Source: a virus. From it: a DNA stretch of 64,000 bases. The stretch is from positions 8,418-72,417 of the IMG/VR virus record IMGVR_UViG_3300024317_000004; one strand, written 5' to 3'. The translations under genes and the position numbers were made by a program. The notes under the pieces are model-generated. The model made no database searches, was not told where the DNA came from, and worked only from the letters and a program-made list of their open reading frames with translations. Below are positions 9,529 through 19,524 of this stretch, one piece after another; the first letter of the stretch is position 1, and each line of letters begins with the position of its first letter.

Positions 9529-9755
9529 CCCGCGCCGAACCCAGCACCGTCCAAGTTCGCCTGAACATCCCGCTCGACCAGTTGTGTCGTGACCTGATGG
9601 CACAGCGCGACGAGTGCCAGATCACCAACAGCTTGCTGTGGGAGGCCGTCGTGGCCGCGCGCGAGTACGTTGATGGCTTGAGCGGTTGTCGAGATAACGT
9701 TAACGCGCGCTTCGATGCGCTCTGTGCGGCCCTCAAGCGACTGGAGGCGCTGTGA
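9525..9755 (+). CDS. hypothetical protein
   Basis: GTGA-coupled ORF. Confidence 0.55.
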   Translation: MTRAEPSTVQVRLNIPLDQLCRDLMAQRDECQITNSLLWEAVVAAREYVDGLSGCRDNVNARFDALCAALKRLEAL

Positions 9756-10021
9756 CCCCCGCCGAGTTCTGCGCCATCCGCGAGACCCGTTACGTCAAAC
9801 CCGTGGCCATGGCCGTTGACCTGGGCATCTCAGAGACCACGGTGCTGAACTACGAGCGTGGGAAATTCCCCGTGCCCGAGCGCATCGAAGAGCGGCTGCG
9901 GTACGGCGTGGGTGGCCCTTGCCCTCGGTGCAGACGAACGATCACCACCGCGTGGCACGACGGGTTGTGCGGGGGATGCAGCGCCCTCGTGTTGCCGGAG
10001 GCATGCGACCATGCTCGCTGA
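9752..10021 (+). CDS. HTH plus zinc-finger protein
   Basis: MAVDLGISETTVLNYERGK; CPRC...CGGC. Confidence 0.65.
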   Translation: MTPAEFCAIRETRYVKPVAMAVDLGISETTVLNYERGKFPVPERIEERLRYGVGGPCPRCRRTITTAWHDGLCGGCSALVLPEACDHAR

Positions 10022-10228
10022 CCTCATGCCGTTTATCCCCCGTGACCCAGCGTTCGATGGCCTGAGACGTGTCTGGGACAAGTACCGGCGCTACGGCAAA
10101 ACGGCACCGCCAGGGCCTTCCTTGGGCCAAGGACAGGGGTCTGTGGCTACCGAGGCAGATGAAGGCCGTAGCGGGGCGGCTGGGCCTGTTTCCTTGCCGG
10201 TTGACGAAACGCGAAAGCGGGGGCAGTC

Positions 10229-10774
10229 GTGATCGTCACCGCCCCCACCCTGCCTGTGACCCCACAGGTCACCGCGTTCGTGTACGAGCTATTTGCTTAC
10301 CATTTGTCGGAAGCCCGGGCCGAAACGTCAGCGACTCGGTCACTGCCCTCCACGGCCTTGCCAGCAATCTTCGCGGCGGAACTCGGTTGCGTTGGCAGCG
10401 GCAACGATGGCACCAAGCCCGTCATCGGCATCGTGAACGACCCGGAGCTACGCCAGCGCATCGAGCGCGATCCCTTGGGCCATCGGCGCTACCAGAGCCT
10501 CACGGGGCGTGATCGACTCACCGCGGATGCTGTACACTTCGACGGCAAGGGCGTGGTCATCGCCGACGTCACGTTCGACAAGCGCGTGATCTCGTGCACC
10601 TTGGCACAGCGTGTTGCGTTCCAGGTGGCCGAGACGATGGATGCCAAGCGTTACTGCCGATGGTTGGGCAAGATCGCCGCGAAGGACTCAGCGCCCGCGT
10701 TGATCGACTCCGAGGCCTTCGGGAGCGAGTGCCTTACGAGTGCGGCCAAGGCGTGGTTTGCGATTAGCGCTTGA
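10229..10774 (+). CDS. hypothetical protein (late-regulator position)
   Basis: last gene of the rightward early operon. Confidence 0.55.
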   Translation: MIVTAPTLPVTPQVTAFVYELFAYHLSEARAETSATRSLPSTALPAIFAAELGCVGSGNDGTKPVIGIVNDPELRQRIERDPLGHRRYQSLTGRDRLTADAVHFDGKGVVIADVTFDKRVISCTLAQRVAFQVAETMDAKRYCRWLGKIAAKDSAPALIDSEAFGSECLTSAAKAWFAISA

Positions 10775-11114
10775 GGGGACGAACAGGCGCCTTAGAACCA
10801 GGGACCATCGGCCGCAATGGCATTGGCACCGAGCCCGGCGAGGGGCGCATGTACAGGTCTTGCAGCGAAACGCATTGATCGTCTTCGCTCACTGTGAAAT
10901 ACACGGTCACAGCTGGAAAGGCGCCAAGTGGCTGCGTGGGAAGAGCGCGCAAGATGCCCGCCTGCGTCGGGCGGATCGCCGGATAGCGTGATAGGTCACG
11001 ATCGTGGGCCAATGCCCACTTCACAGCCTCAAGCCTGGCATCGGAACGTTCTGTTGAGCCAAAGAAACGTTCGGCTACCGCGGCGAACCATGGCTCTTCG
11101 CGCAGAGTGCGCAT
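10764..11114 (-). CDS. putative toxin partner of the Panacea antitoxin (possibly RelE-like fold)
   Basis: starts 3 nt downstream of the DUF4065 gene; 116 aa; C-terminal beta-type pattern VTVYFTV...VSLQDL. Confidence 0.5.
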   Translation of the reverse strand: MRTLREEPWFAAVAERFFGSTERSDARLEAVKWALAHDRDLSRYPAIRPTQAGILRALPTQPLGAFPAVTVYFTVSEDDQCVSLQDLYMRPSPGSVPMPLRPMVPGSKAPVRPLKR

Positions 11115-11117
11115 GAG

Positions 11118-11669
11118 CTAGCGCGCTGCGTCCAATCGAGCGGCGACCTGCTGGCCAAACTCCATCTCTTCCGGCGATAGCGGGAGCGGTTCATCCGGAA
11201 TGCACACCGTGAAGTACGGAATCTCCTCGCCCATGGCTGCTAACCGCCACCCAGCAAACTGATGCGACAGCTCGCTTACTGCGCTGCCGTCGTGATCGCG
11301 AAGCATCTCGATGACCTCATCCACGACCGCAATGTCGCTCGCGATGAAGCAATCGAGATCCGGATCGCGCAGCGGCACCAGACGATATCCTTGGTGCAAC
11401 CCGCGGGTGAAGGGCTGCTCGACTGCGGCACCAGACGCTTTGAGTTCTTCGCGGACCGCCTGCGACTCGCTCGGTACAGGACCTTGCGCCATCTTCTGGT
11501 ACGTTGCGCCGGTGATGGGTCGCCCCCGTCGACCGTAGGCAATGAAGTCCGCGTAGAACAGGATCTTGTTGAGCTTGGTACGACCGAAGGCAGCATCCTG
11601 CGAGGAACGCTGCGCGACGTACAGCATCAACTCCGCGAACTTCTGCGCGTCGTAGACGATCGGTTCCAT
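11118..11669 (-). CDS. Panacea (DUF4065/SocA-like) antitoxin
   Basis: TKLNKILFYAD...PITGATYQKMAQGPVP...SELSHQFAGW. Confidence 0.85.
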   Translation of the reverse strand: MEPIVYDAQKFAELMLYVAQRSSQDAAFGRTKLNKILFYADFIAYGRRGRPITGATYQKMAQGPVPSESQAVREELKASGAAVEQPFTRGLHQGYRLVPLRDPDLDCFIASDIAVVDEVIEMLRDHDGSAVSELSHQFAGWRLAAMGEEIPYFTVCIPDEPLPLSPEEMEFGQQVAARLDAAR

Positions 11670-11840
11670 GGCTGCATCCCAGGGAGAAGTAAACAGAATA
11701 CGCTATACCTGTTCACTTGTCCAGCTCGGCCCGCAGGATCGCATGGCCTGACGCACCCACACAACCGCCGAGGTGCGCGAGGCATACGCGCTTCTTTCTT
11801 GCATTCCGCGTTTTCTCATGATCGATTTTGTGGCGGCTCA

Positions 11841-12068
11841 TTGCGCCCGCAGGTCGAGCAGAGCCCGCTCAATGCGGGCGCTCTGGCGACGGCGCTGAAA
11901 AAACCCGCGTCTACGGTGTACCGCTGGCTCAACGCTTGGTACACGCTGGGCATACCGGGCATTCAGCGCGTTCCCAGTGATGGACGCACGGGATGGCGTT
12001 ACGCCATCGAACCCGGCTTTGTGGACGAATGGCGCGCGTGCAGGATCCCTGCCCCACGGCTGGCATAA
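11841..12068 (+). CDS. small HTH DNA-binding protein
   Basis: AGALATALKKPASTVYRWL; start uncertain. Confidence 0.5.
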   Translation: MRPQVEQSPLNAGALATALKKPASTVYRWLNAWYTLGIPGIQRVPSDGRTGWRYAIEPGFVDEWRACRIPAPRLA

Positions 12069-12311
12069 CCTCCCGCCCGCTAGCTCTGGAAGCGGTGCGA
12101 TCCCCCCGACGCCGACGCGAGGCAGCTGGCGAGGCGGGACCTCTCACGATGCAGCACGACACACTCCCGCCGCCCTCACCCGAAACGTGGCAGTCGACTG
12201 AGCCGGTGGACCGGTGGACCCGCAACACACGGGGGTTCGAGCAGCCGAGCGAGGAGCGGGTGCCTGACTTCGACGAGGTGATGGAGCAGGCGATGAGGGA
12301 CGCGGGGTGAC

Positions 12312-12393
12312 GAAGTGGTGCCCGAGCGGTTCAAGGGGTCGCGCTGTAAACGCGATGGCTACGCCGACGTGAGTTCGAATCTCACCCACTTCA
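12312..12393 (+). tRNA. tRNA-Tyr(GTA)
   Basis: acceptor GAAGTGG/CCACTTC+A, anticodon arm TCGCG-CTGTAAA-CGCGA, long variable arm, T arm GTGAG-TTCGAAT-CTCAC; CCA not encoded. Confidence 0.9.
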
Positions 12394-12669
12394 CTGCTAG
12401 TCTTTGCCGAACATGTTCGTCGTATCGCCCGACCACTACGAGCGCCTGTCCGCGTCGTTCGAGCGGGTCTTCGGTCGTCCACTGCCTGTTGTGTCCAGCG
12501 TGCCACCGCCGTCGCACTCGTTCTCCACGGAGGAGATCACGAGGATGCTGGCGGATCCTGATCTGTTCGCTGGGATTGAGTGTGACAGTGGTGCTGTCTG
12601 GGACGAACTCCCCGCTTGCCAGCAGGCCCCTCGCCTAGCATGAAAAGTTGTAGGTTCACAAGGTGACGT

Positions 12670-13116
12670 GTGGGTGACCGAGGGCCCAAGATCGATCCGG
12701 ACTTCGTTGCGCAGGTTCTGGTGGACGCCGCAATGCTGGGCGACGATGCCGCGGCCAAGCGGCATAACGTGTCCATCAAAACCGTGTCTCGTTACCGCGG
12801 GTTGGCTGACTCTGACGAAAACTTGTCCAAACTTGTCTCCCTAAAAAAGAAGGCCGCCGAGAGCCAGTGGGCTGACGGATTGGCTGGTGCCATCAAGGGA
12901 CAGATCGAGTTCTTACAGCGCGCGTCCCAAGCTGCCGAGGCGTCGGACCCGGATGCCATCCACGCCGTCGCCGGGTCGCTCAAGATCCTGGCGGATATCG
13001 CGCTGACCTCACGGATGATTGATGCTCGACTTGCTAACCGGGCTGGACCGCAGGGAGCGGCAGATCGACAGGTTTCTGGACCCGCAGCCGAAGCAACGCC
13101 CGGCACCGTCCACTGA
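12670..13116 (+). CDS. terminase small subunit (putative)
   Basis: HTH AAAKRHNVSIKTVSRY; overlaps the terL start. Confidence 0.65.
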   Translation: MGDRGPKIDPDFVAQVLVDAAMLGDDAAAKRHNVSIKTVSRYRGLADSDENLSKLVSLKKKAAESQWADGLAGAIKGQIEFLQRASQAAEASDPDAIHAVAGSLKILADIALTSRMIDARLANRAGPQGAADRQVSGPAAEATPGTVH

Positions 13117-14764
13117 CTCCGCGACATCCAAAGCCCTTGCGGCGGCCATATCGCTCGCGGCCAGTGACCCAGCTGAGTCGTTTCGCTTGTTCTGCGCGGA
13201 ATGCATTCGCATCTCGACGAAAACGCCGGGCGAGGTCAAGTCACTCCAGTTCAACGCGATCCAGGCGAAGTTCTGCGAGCGCCGGACGGGCCGCGACGTT
13301 GTCCTAAAAGCTCGCCAGGTGGGATTCACGACCCTGGAGTTGGCCCGTGACCTTTGGTTTGCTCTCGCGAAGCCACACACCGCTGTTTCCGTAGTCACTC
13401 AACCGCACAAGACAAGCGAGCCGACACGAAAGGTGGTTCGACAGCTTGCGTTCATGCTCGGCTGGATCGGCGAAAGCGTTGGCGCTCACTGGTCTGGCGG
13501 AACATGCACGTTTGCTAACGGGTCAAGCATCACCGTCTTTGATGCCGGCGGCTCCGAGGAAGCTGCAGACAAGCAGGGCCGCGGTGGCACCTACCACCGG
13601 GTTCACGTCACCGAAGTCGCGTTCTTTCCGTATGCGGCCAAGGTGATGAACGCCTTGTTCAAGGCGATTCCGTCGGTCAAGCAAGGCGGCGAGTACGTCG
13701 AGGAGAGCACGCCGAATGGAGCAGGCGGACTTTTCTACGAGCACTACCAAGGCGCGATCGCCGGCACCAATGGGCTGTCAGGTCACTTCTTTCCGTGGTT
13801 TCTGCAGCCAGAATACCGACTCGGTGAGGATGAAGGTCCGGCAGCGCCTGCGGATCCAGAAGAGGTCAAGGTTGCTGAAGCGGCCAAGGCGGCGGGAGAA
13901 ACGCTGTCCGAGGCGCAGCTTGGCTGGTGGCGTCAGCAACGAGCGCGCGATGGGCTCGACCGAACGCTTCAGGAGTATCCACACGACGCTGATCGATGCT
14001 TTCTACTCTCGGGTACGTGCTACTTCGATCGCGATGCGTTGGTACGACTCGAGGCCAAACGTGCCGCGCCCCTTTCGGTCGAAAGCATCCTTCGGGATCC
14101 ACCAGACAGTACCGCTAGGCCGTTTCAGGGGCTTCTGTCAGCGTTTTGGCACCAGGTTAACCGCGCCCATGGATCGCTGCTGCGGGTCTGGGTGCCGCCC
14201 TCTGTCGGATGCGGCTATCTGATCGTGGTCGACTCCGCGGGCGGCAAGTCCGACGGAGACTGGCTTGTCGCACCGGTTTTTGAGCGCAAGAGTCGTCGAC
14301 ACGTCGCAACGCTGCGCGCGCAGATCCAGACCAGCGAGTTCGCTCGTTGGGCTGCCAAGCTCGGGTACGCCTACGGAAAAGCCGTCATCGTGGTCGAGCG
14401 AAACAATCACGGCGGCACCGTGCTTCATGTGCTCGACGAAGAGCTGCACTACCCGGCGATCTGGAGAGAGGATCCGAGCAGGCCGGATCTTGGATTCTGG
14501 ACGGGCCCCAGTAACCGCCAAGCCATCATTGATGATCTGGTGGACGCGGTTACGCAGAACGAATTCGAGACCGCGGATCCGCTGTTTTGTGCCGAGGCCC
14601 GAACGTTTATCAAAACGGACAGCGGCAAGGTCGAAGCACAGCCCGGCGCGCACGACGACGTGATCATGGCTTCGGCCATTGGCTGGCGAGTGCTGACCGG
14701 CCCTCGGCATCTACCCGGGCAGCCCCGCGTGATCGACGGTCGCCCCATCGCCCCGTTTGGCTGA
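13022..14764 (+). CDS. terL: terminase large subunit
   Basis: LKARQVGFTT, VHVTEVAF, ESTPNGAGG, VVERNNHG, GAHDDVIMA. Confidence 0.93.
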   Translation: MLDLLTGLDRRERQIDRFLDPQPKQRPAPSTDSATSKALAAAISLAASDPAESFRLFCAECIRISTKTPGEVKSLQFNAIQAKFCERRTGRDVVLKARQVGFTTLELARDLWFALAKPHTAVSVVTQPHKTSEPTRKVVRQLAFMLGWIGESVGAHWSGGTCTFANGSSITVFDAGGSEEAADKQGRGGTYHRVHVTEVAFFPYAAKVMNALFKAIPSVKQGGEYVEESTPNGAGGLFYEHYQGAIAGTNGLSGHFFPWFLQPEYRLGEDEGPAAPADPEEVKVAEAAKAAGETLSEAQLGWWRQQRARDGLDRTLQEYPHDADRCFLLSGTCYFDRDALVRLEAKRAAPLSVESILRDPPDSTARPFQGLLSAFWHQVNRAHGSLLRVWVPPSVGCGYLIVVDSAGGKSDGDWLVAPVFERKSRRHVATLRAQIQTSEFARWAAKLGYAYGKAVIVVERNNHGGTVLHVLDEELHYPAIWREDPSRPDLGFWTGPSNRQAIIDDLVDAVTQNEFETADPLFCAEARTFIKTDSGKVEAQPGAHDDVIMASAIGWRVLTGPRHLPGQPRVIDGRPIAPFG

Positions 14765-14767
14765 TTC

Positions 14768-16342
14768 GTGAAGTACAAGAGCCTTACAGCCAAGTCCCCC
14801 GAGTACTCGGCGAGCTACTGGGAGGAGTGCCGGGCGTTCTACCGTGGGGGTCGTGATCTACTTGAGAACAAGTCACTTCTCACGCGGGTGTTCCCGCAGC
14901 ATGCGAACGAAGCCCCCGATATCTATCAGGACCGATGCAGGCGCGCGACATACCTAGCGTATGCCGGCGAGCTGCTTGATTACATCGTTGCGTCTCTTGC
15001 GATGGAGCCGCTGACGCTCACCGCAGAGCCCAAGCCGCCCGCGTTCTACCAGGACTTCGTAAACTCGACAGACGGCAAGTCTCTTACGCTCAACGATCTG
15101 ATTCAGCAGCAGGTGCTCACCGCGCTGATCTGCAAGACAGCGTGGACGCTGGTGGACTTGCCGCCGTTGGATTCCGGTGCTGTCATCGAGTCCGAGGCGG
15201 ATGAAGAGGAATATGGGTTACTGCGGGCGATGGCGTTCCCCGTCGAGCCCGAGTGCGTTTACGACTGGGACTGTACCCCCTCTGGTGATCTAGAGTGGGC
15301 GCTGATCTGCATGCGTTCGAGCCCTCGCAAGAGGCTTGAAGACGACCGTAACGAGATCGTCGAGCGATATACCTACTACACACGCGACGGCTGGGAGCGC
15401 TACGACGTCACGTACAAGCGGGATAAGCCGCCCGTGCCGAACGACGATATTCCCCTCACGCTATCCGGATCGCATTCGTTCGGGCAAGTCCCGCTGGTAC
15501 GACTCGAAGTGCCGGCCGGCATGTGGGCGATGGACAAGATCCACTGCCTGTGTCGTGACATTTTCAACAAGCGATCGGGCATCTCGTTTTCGCAGTTGCG
15601 GCATCTATTCCCGATTCTCACGGCGTACCTTGGTCCAGAGATCGGGCCTGGCAATGAGATCCCCGCGCCCATCGCCCAGGATCCGGACCGCGCCACCAAC
15701 CAGGTTTATGGGATCGGTCGGATCGTTAAGTTTGGCGACAAGGATCGCCTCGAATACACCTCGCCCGACTGCGCGATTTACACGACGTCACTGGAAGATC
15801 TCAACGGCTTGCGCGACGAGCTGCATCGAGTCCTGCATCAGATGGCGCTGGCGGCAAACAACTCCGCTGCAGCGCTGAAACGATCGGGCGACAGCAAGGC
15901 ACAGGACAAAGCCGCTGCCAGCGTCGTGCTAAAAAAGCTCGGGGAGTACGGCAGAAAGCACGCGATCGACATTCACAACCTTGCTAGAGCCGGACGCATG
16001 GATCAGCCCATGACCTGGTCTGCGCACGGCATGCAAGACTTCGACGAGCAAGCGCTTGGCGACATGATCAACGAGGCTGCGGTTGTTCAGACGCTCACGA
16101 TCCCAAGCCCGACGTTCCACCAGATCTACCGCTACTCGATCGCGAGCAAGGCGGTGTCTGGTATGGCCACGCCTGAGCAACTCGAACAAATTCGTGATGA
16201 AATCGAAGCCGCCACGACGGCCGAAGAATTTGACCCCCAACGCAAGATGGACTTGGAGACCGCAGCGGTGATGGGCCCGCCAGAGCCTGATGGCGACGAG
16301 ATCCCGGACGACACGGGTCGCGACAAGTACAACGAAGCATGA
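14768..16342 (+). CDS. portal protein
   Basis: follows terL; 524 aa; YQDRCRRATY, HSFGQVPLV, SGDSKAQD. Confidence 0.85.
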   Translation: MKYKSLTAKSPEYSASYWEECRAFYRGGRDLLENKSLLTRVFPQHANEAPDIYQDRCRRATYLAYAGELLDYIVASLAMEPLTLTAEPKPPAFYQDFVNSTDGKSLTLNDLIQQQVLTALICKTAWTLVDLPPLDSGAVIESEADEEEYGLLRAMAFPVEPECVYDWDCTPSGDLEWALICMRSSPRKRLEDDRNEIVERYTYYTRDGWERYDVTYKRDKPPVPNDDIPLTLSGSHSFGQVPLVRLEVPAGMWAMDKIHCLCRDIFNKRSGISFSQLRHLFPILTAYLGPEIGPGNEIPAPIAQDPDRATNQVYGIGRIVKFGDKDRLEYTSPDCAIYTTSLEDLNGLRDELHRVLHQMALAANNSAAALKRSGDSKAQDKAAASVVLKKLGEYGRKHAIDIHNLARAGRMDQPMTWSAHGMQDFDEQALGDMINEAAVVQTLTIPSPTFHQIYRYSIASKAVSGMATPEQLEQIRDEIEAATTAEEFDPQRKMDLETAAVMGPPEPDGDEIPDDTGRDKYNEA

Positions 16343-17238
16343 CGGGGCTGTTCCAGTCGTTACACCGTCGCGGTGTTGAGCAAGACGCGCTCTTCGTGGC
16401 CCAACAGGTCGCCGCGTTGCCTGGCCCGGTCCTGGCTCAGGTTGCACCGCTCATAGCGCAAGCAGAGCGCGAGACTGCAGAAGCGCTGCGTCACTGGATC
16501 GCTACGGCGCCCGATGCAAGTGACCGGTACACGGCCTACGAGCGCAGAAGGCTGCTAGTCCAACTGCGGGCAGCGTTCGACGCCATCAAGCGAGTCTCCC
16601 CTGCCCTCGCCTCTGCGCTGGGAGAAGGCTCCAAACGAGCCGGCGTCCTATCGCACCAGCACCTACTCTCACAGATTACTCGCAACTCAGCACGGTACGG
16701 GACATCTCTGGAAGCGCCCATCCGGCTCGACCTCGCGCGCATCTTGGCAACTGGCCAAGGGCTCATCCCAAGGTTTCGTGCCAGTGCGGCTCGTTACAGC
16801 GTGAACGTGAGAGAGCAGATCAAACGAGAGTTGGCCGTCGGCGTACTTCGCGGCCAGACGTACCAGGGACTCGTAGAGCGACTTGCCACACGTTCCATGC
16901 CCCATGCCATGCCGACTGTAGAGAACGCCGCCGGCGCGCTGATGAAGCCCGCCAAGTGGCAACTGGAGCGCTTGGTACGCACAGAGATGGCACACGCCAG
17001 CGAAGTGCAGGCCATGGAAGCGTTTCGGCAGGCAAGGCAGCAGATGCCGGACTTGCGTAGGCGTTGGGTCGCTGCGCTCGACCTCAGAATTTGCAAGCAA
17101 TGCGCTGACATGGATGGTGCTGTATCGGACCGCCGCGGATCATTCAGTGGCGACGTGCAGCCGCCGCTTCACCCGAATTGCAGATGCGTCGCAGTGCCCT
17201 GGCGTGAAGCCTGGGATGAAATGGACATGGCCGCGTGA
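16339..17238 (+). CDS. minor head protein (Mu gpF/SPP1 gp7-like)
   Basis: RLVRTEM...CKQC...PPLHPNCRC. Confidence 0.85.
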   Translation: MTGLFQSLHRRGVEQDALFVAQQVAALPGPVLAQVAPLIAQAERETAEALRHWIATAPDASDRYTAYERRRLLVQLRAAFDAIKRVSPALASALGEGSKRAGVLSHQHLLSQITRNSARYGTSLEAPIRLDLARILATGQGLIPRFRASAARYSVNVREQIKRELAVGVLRGQTYQGLVERLATRSMPHAMPTVENAAGALMKPAKWQLERLVRTEMAHASEVQAMEAFRQARQQMPDLRRRWVAALDLRICKQCADMDGAVSDRRGSFSGDVQPPLHPNCRCVAVPWREAWDEMDMAA

Positions 17239-17585
17239 GAATCCAGACCTACAGGCAAACCGATACGGACAAGTCGTTTGCGGCCACGACCGCGACCGAT
17301 GTCTTGCCTGCGGTAGGCGTCGATCTCTCGCAGGTCGATCGATTCTCGTTGATCCTGAAAAACACCGGAGCCAACTCCGTTGCGATCACGATCACGTACA
17401 CCCTTGGCGCGCTCACCGTGACGGACACCACGACGATTGGCACGATCAACGCGGGCGCCACCAAGAGCCTCAACCTTGCGCCCGGATCGACGGATCCTGC
17501 TTACCAAAACGTCAAGATCAGCGGTACCAGCGCAAGCGGAACCACGGTGTCCATTGAAGCGATCGCTGTGAGAAACACGCTGTAA
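17235..17585 (+). CDS. hypothetical virion protein
   Basis: beta-rich ORF in the head operon. Confidence 0.55.
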   Translation: MRIQTYRQTDTDKSFAATTATDVLPAVGVDLSQVDRFSLILKNTGANSVAITITYTLGALTVTDTTTIGTINAGATKSLNLAPGSTDPAYQNVKISGTSASGTTVSIEAIAVRNTL

Positions 17586-17683
17586 CGCAAACACCTCTCC
17601 GAGGTGCACGTCCCTGCGAGCCACACGGCGAGGACGCAGGGCGAATCCCACGCCGCACGTCACCCGACGTTAAAGGGAGATCC

Positions 17684-18397
17684 ATGGCCACCGAGAACGA
17701 GAATCCCGCAGGCGACAAGCCCGAGGGAGAGAGCGCAACGACGCCCGAGAAGCCGTCTTTTATGACGGCAGCCGATTTCAACAAAGCTTCGACGGCACGC
17801 GAGAAGAAGCTTCTCGATCGCATCGACAAGCTTCTGGAAGAGAGGCTTTCTGCGAAACAGAAGGCTGCCGAGGAAGTCGACGAGAACGATGCTGACGACG
17901 AGCCTGAAGACAAAGGCGACGACAAGGTTGCCGCGAAGAGCCCATCCGACGCGACGGCCAAACAGATTGCCAGTCTTCAGCGGCAACTAACTCGAGAGCG
18001 CAACGAGCGAGAGAAGCGAGAAGCCGCGGACCGGGAGAAGGACGCCAAGATCGCTCGGGACGAGGAGCGCGCCAAGCTCTCCGAGGCCCTCACGACAGCT
18101 GGCGTTGACCCCAAGCGAATTCGTGGCGCGATTGCGCTACTGCACACCGAGGACAAGCGGGTACGTCGCAGCGCAGAGGGCAAGATCGTGTTCGTCGACG
18201 AGAACGACGACGAGTTCGATCTTGCTGCAGGCATCAAGCAATGGATCGCGAGTGACGAGGGCAAGGGCTACATGCCTGCCCGTGGTGCGCAAGGATCTGG
18301 CGCCGAGCCCGGTCGCAACCACAACCGAATCGGAACGAAGAATCAGAAGATCACCAAGCACGAAGCTGGGGTCGCTCTGATGAGTCTATTGAAATAA
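17684..18397 (+). CDS. capsid scaffolding protein
   Basis: charged coiled coil, GAQGSGA near the C-terminus, precedes the capsid gene. Confidence 0.75.
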   Translation: MATENENPAGDKPEGESATTPEKPSFMTAADFNKASTAREKKLLDRIDKLLEERLSAKQKAAEEVDENDADDEPEDKGDDKVAAKSPSDATAKQIASLQRQLTRERNEREKREAADREKDAKIARDEERAKLSEALTTAGVDPKRIRGAIALLHTEDKRVRRSAEGKIVFVDENDDEFDLAAGIKQWIASDEGKGYMPARGAQGSGAEPGRNHNRIGTKNQKITKHEAGVALMSLLK

Positions 18398-18442
18398 GCC
18401 GGGCAGCATGCCGCGGCGATTGATGACATCGAGGAGAAAGAC

Positions 18443-19492
18443 ATGGCCGCCGTAGCATTTTTGGACATTCAAACCGCGCTCAACACGATCTTCGAGGACG
18501 ATCTCGCTTCGCAGATCAACCGCGCTACGGTGGGGGCGAAGATCCTGCCGAAGAAAACCGTTCAAGGGAAGAGTATCAACTGGGATGCTCGTCTCGGCAC
18601 CGCTGTCGGCACGGCTGAGTCTGACGGCGCGGTGATCTCGACGTACAATTCGGACACCAAGGCTCCCGCCACGCTGTATGTGGCGACGTACCAGGACTCT
18701 TTCAAGCTCGATGGCCGTGCCGTGGCGTCGGCTGCGAACTCCGGAGGCCCCGCCGCCCTGGTCGACCTTTTTGGCGAGCATGTGATGGAGTCTTCGGAGC
18801 GCGTCGCGAGCAAGGTCAACATTGATCTATACAGCGGGACCGGCGCGACGACCGAGCCCATCACGATAGCAGGTTTAAGTACCGTGGCCCTGCTCGCAGA
18901 CACAGGCACCTACGCCAACATCTCGCGCAACACCTACTCGCAGTGGAAGAGCAACGTGCTGGGCAATAGCTCGGTGCCACGCCCGCTCACCATTCAGCTC
19001 ATGCGTGACATGATGCGCACGATCTATATTGCCTCGGGGCACAAGCCGGACCTGATCCTAGCCGATCCGTTCCAGCACGAGCAATACGGCCTGACCTTCG
19101 GTCCGTTCCGTCGGTACATCAAAGACTCGATGTACGTCGCCGGCGACAAGATCGAGCTGGACGGCGGCTACTCGGTGCTGGAATTCGATGGCATCCCCGT
19201 GATCGAGGACAAGGACGCGGTTGCCGGAGAGATGTTGTTTCTGAACACCAAGAGCGTATCGATTCGCCCGCTGCCTCACGCTGCGATGCAGCTGGCTGCA
19301 TCCAGCGGCCAGCTCGAGATCACCGGCTCTGAAGAAGCGAACGAAGGCCCCGGCAACACCGGACTGCGTGCGCGGATTCAGCAGTTGGCTAACGATGGGG
19401 ATTATATGGTATTTCAAGTTGTCGTGTACCTGCAGACGCAGGTTCGGCACCCGAACCGATGCGGGAAACTAACAGATCTCGCGACGTCGTAA
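18443..19492 (+). CDS. major capsid protein
   Basis: 349 aa; TYANISRNTYSQWKS, KPDLIL, FDGIPVIED; RBS GAGGAG. Confidence 0.85.
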   Translation: MAAVAFLDIQTALNTIFEDDLASQINRATVGAKILPKKTVQGKSINWDARLGTAVGTAESDGAVISTYNSDTKAPATLYVATYQDSFKLDGRAVASAANSGGPAALVDLFGEHVMESSERVASKVNIDLYSGTGATTEPITIAGLSTVALLADTGTYANISRNTYSQWKSNVLGNSSVPRPLTIQLMRDMMRTIYIASGHKPDLILADPFQHEQYGLTFGPFRRYIKDSMYVAGDKIELDGGYSVLEFDGIPVIEDKDAVAGEMLFLNTKSVSIRPLPHAAMQLAASSGQLEITGSEEANEGPGNTGLRARIQQLANDGDYMVFQVVVYLQTQVRHPNRCGKLTDLATS

Positions 19493-19524
19493 TCGGCCGG
19501 CCCGACACTTCGAAGAGAGGCTCC

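Noticed and set aside
11262-11840. N-terminal part of the 268-aa plus-strand ORF
   Set aside because: Antisense shadow of the Panacea gene; only the C-terminal HTH part looks coding.
15284-15307. Gapped match of unit 2 to portal codons GDLEWAL
   Set aside because: 14 of 16 bases, internal to the unit, flanks do not match; not distinguishable from chance by eye.
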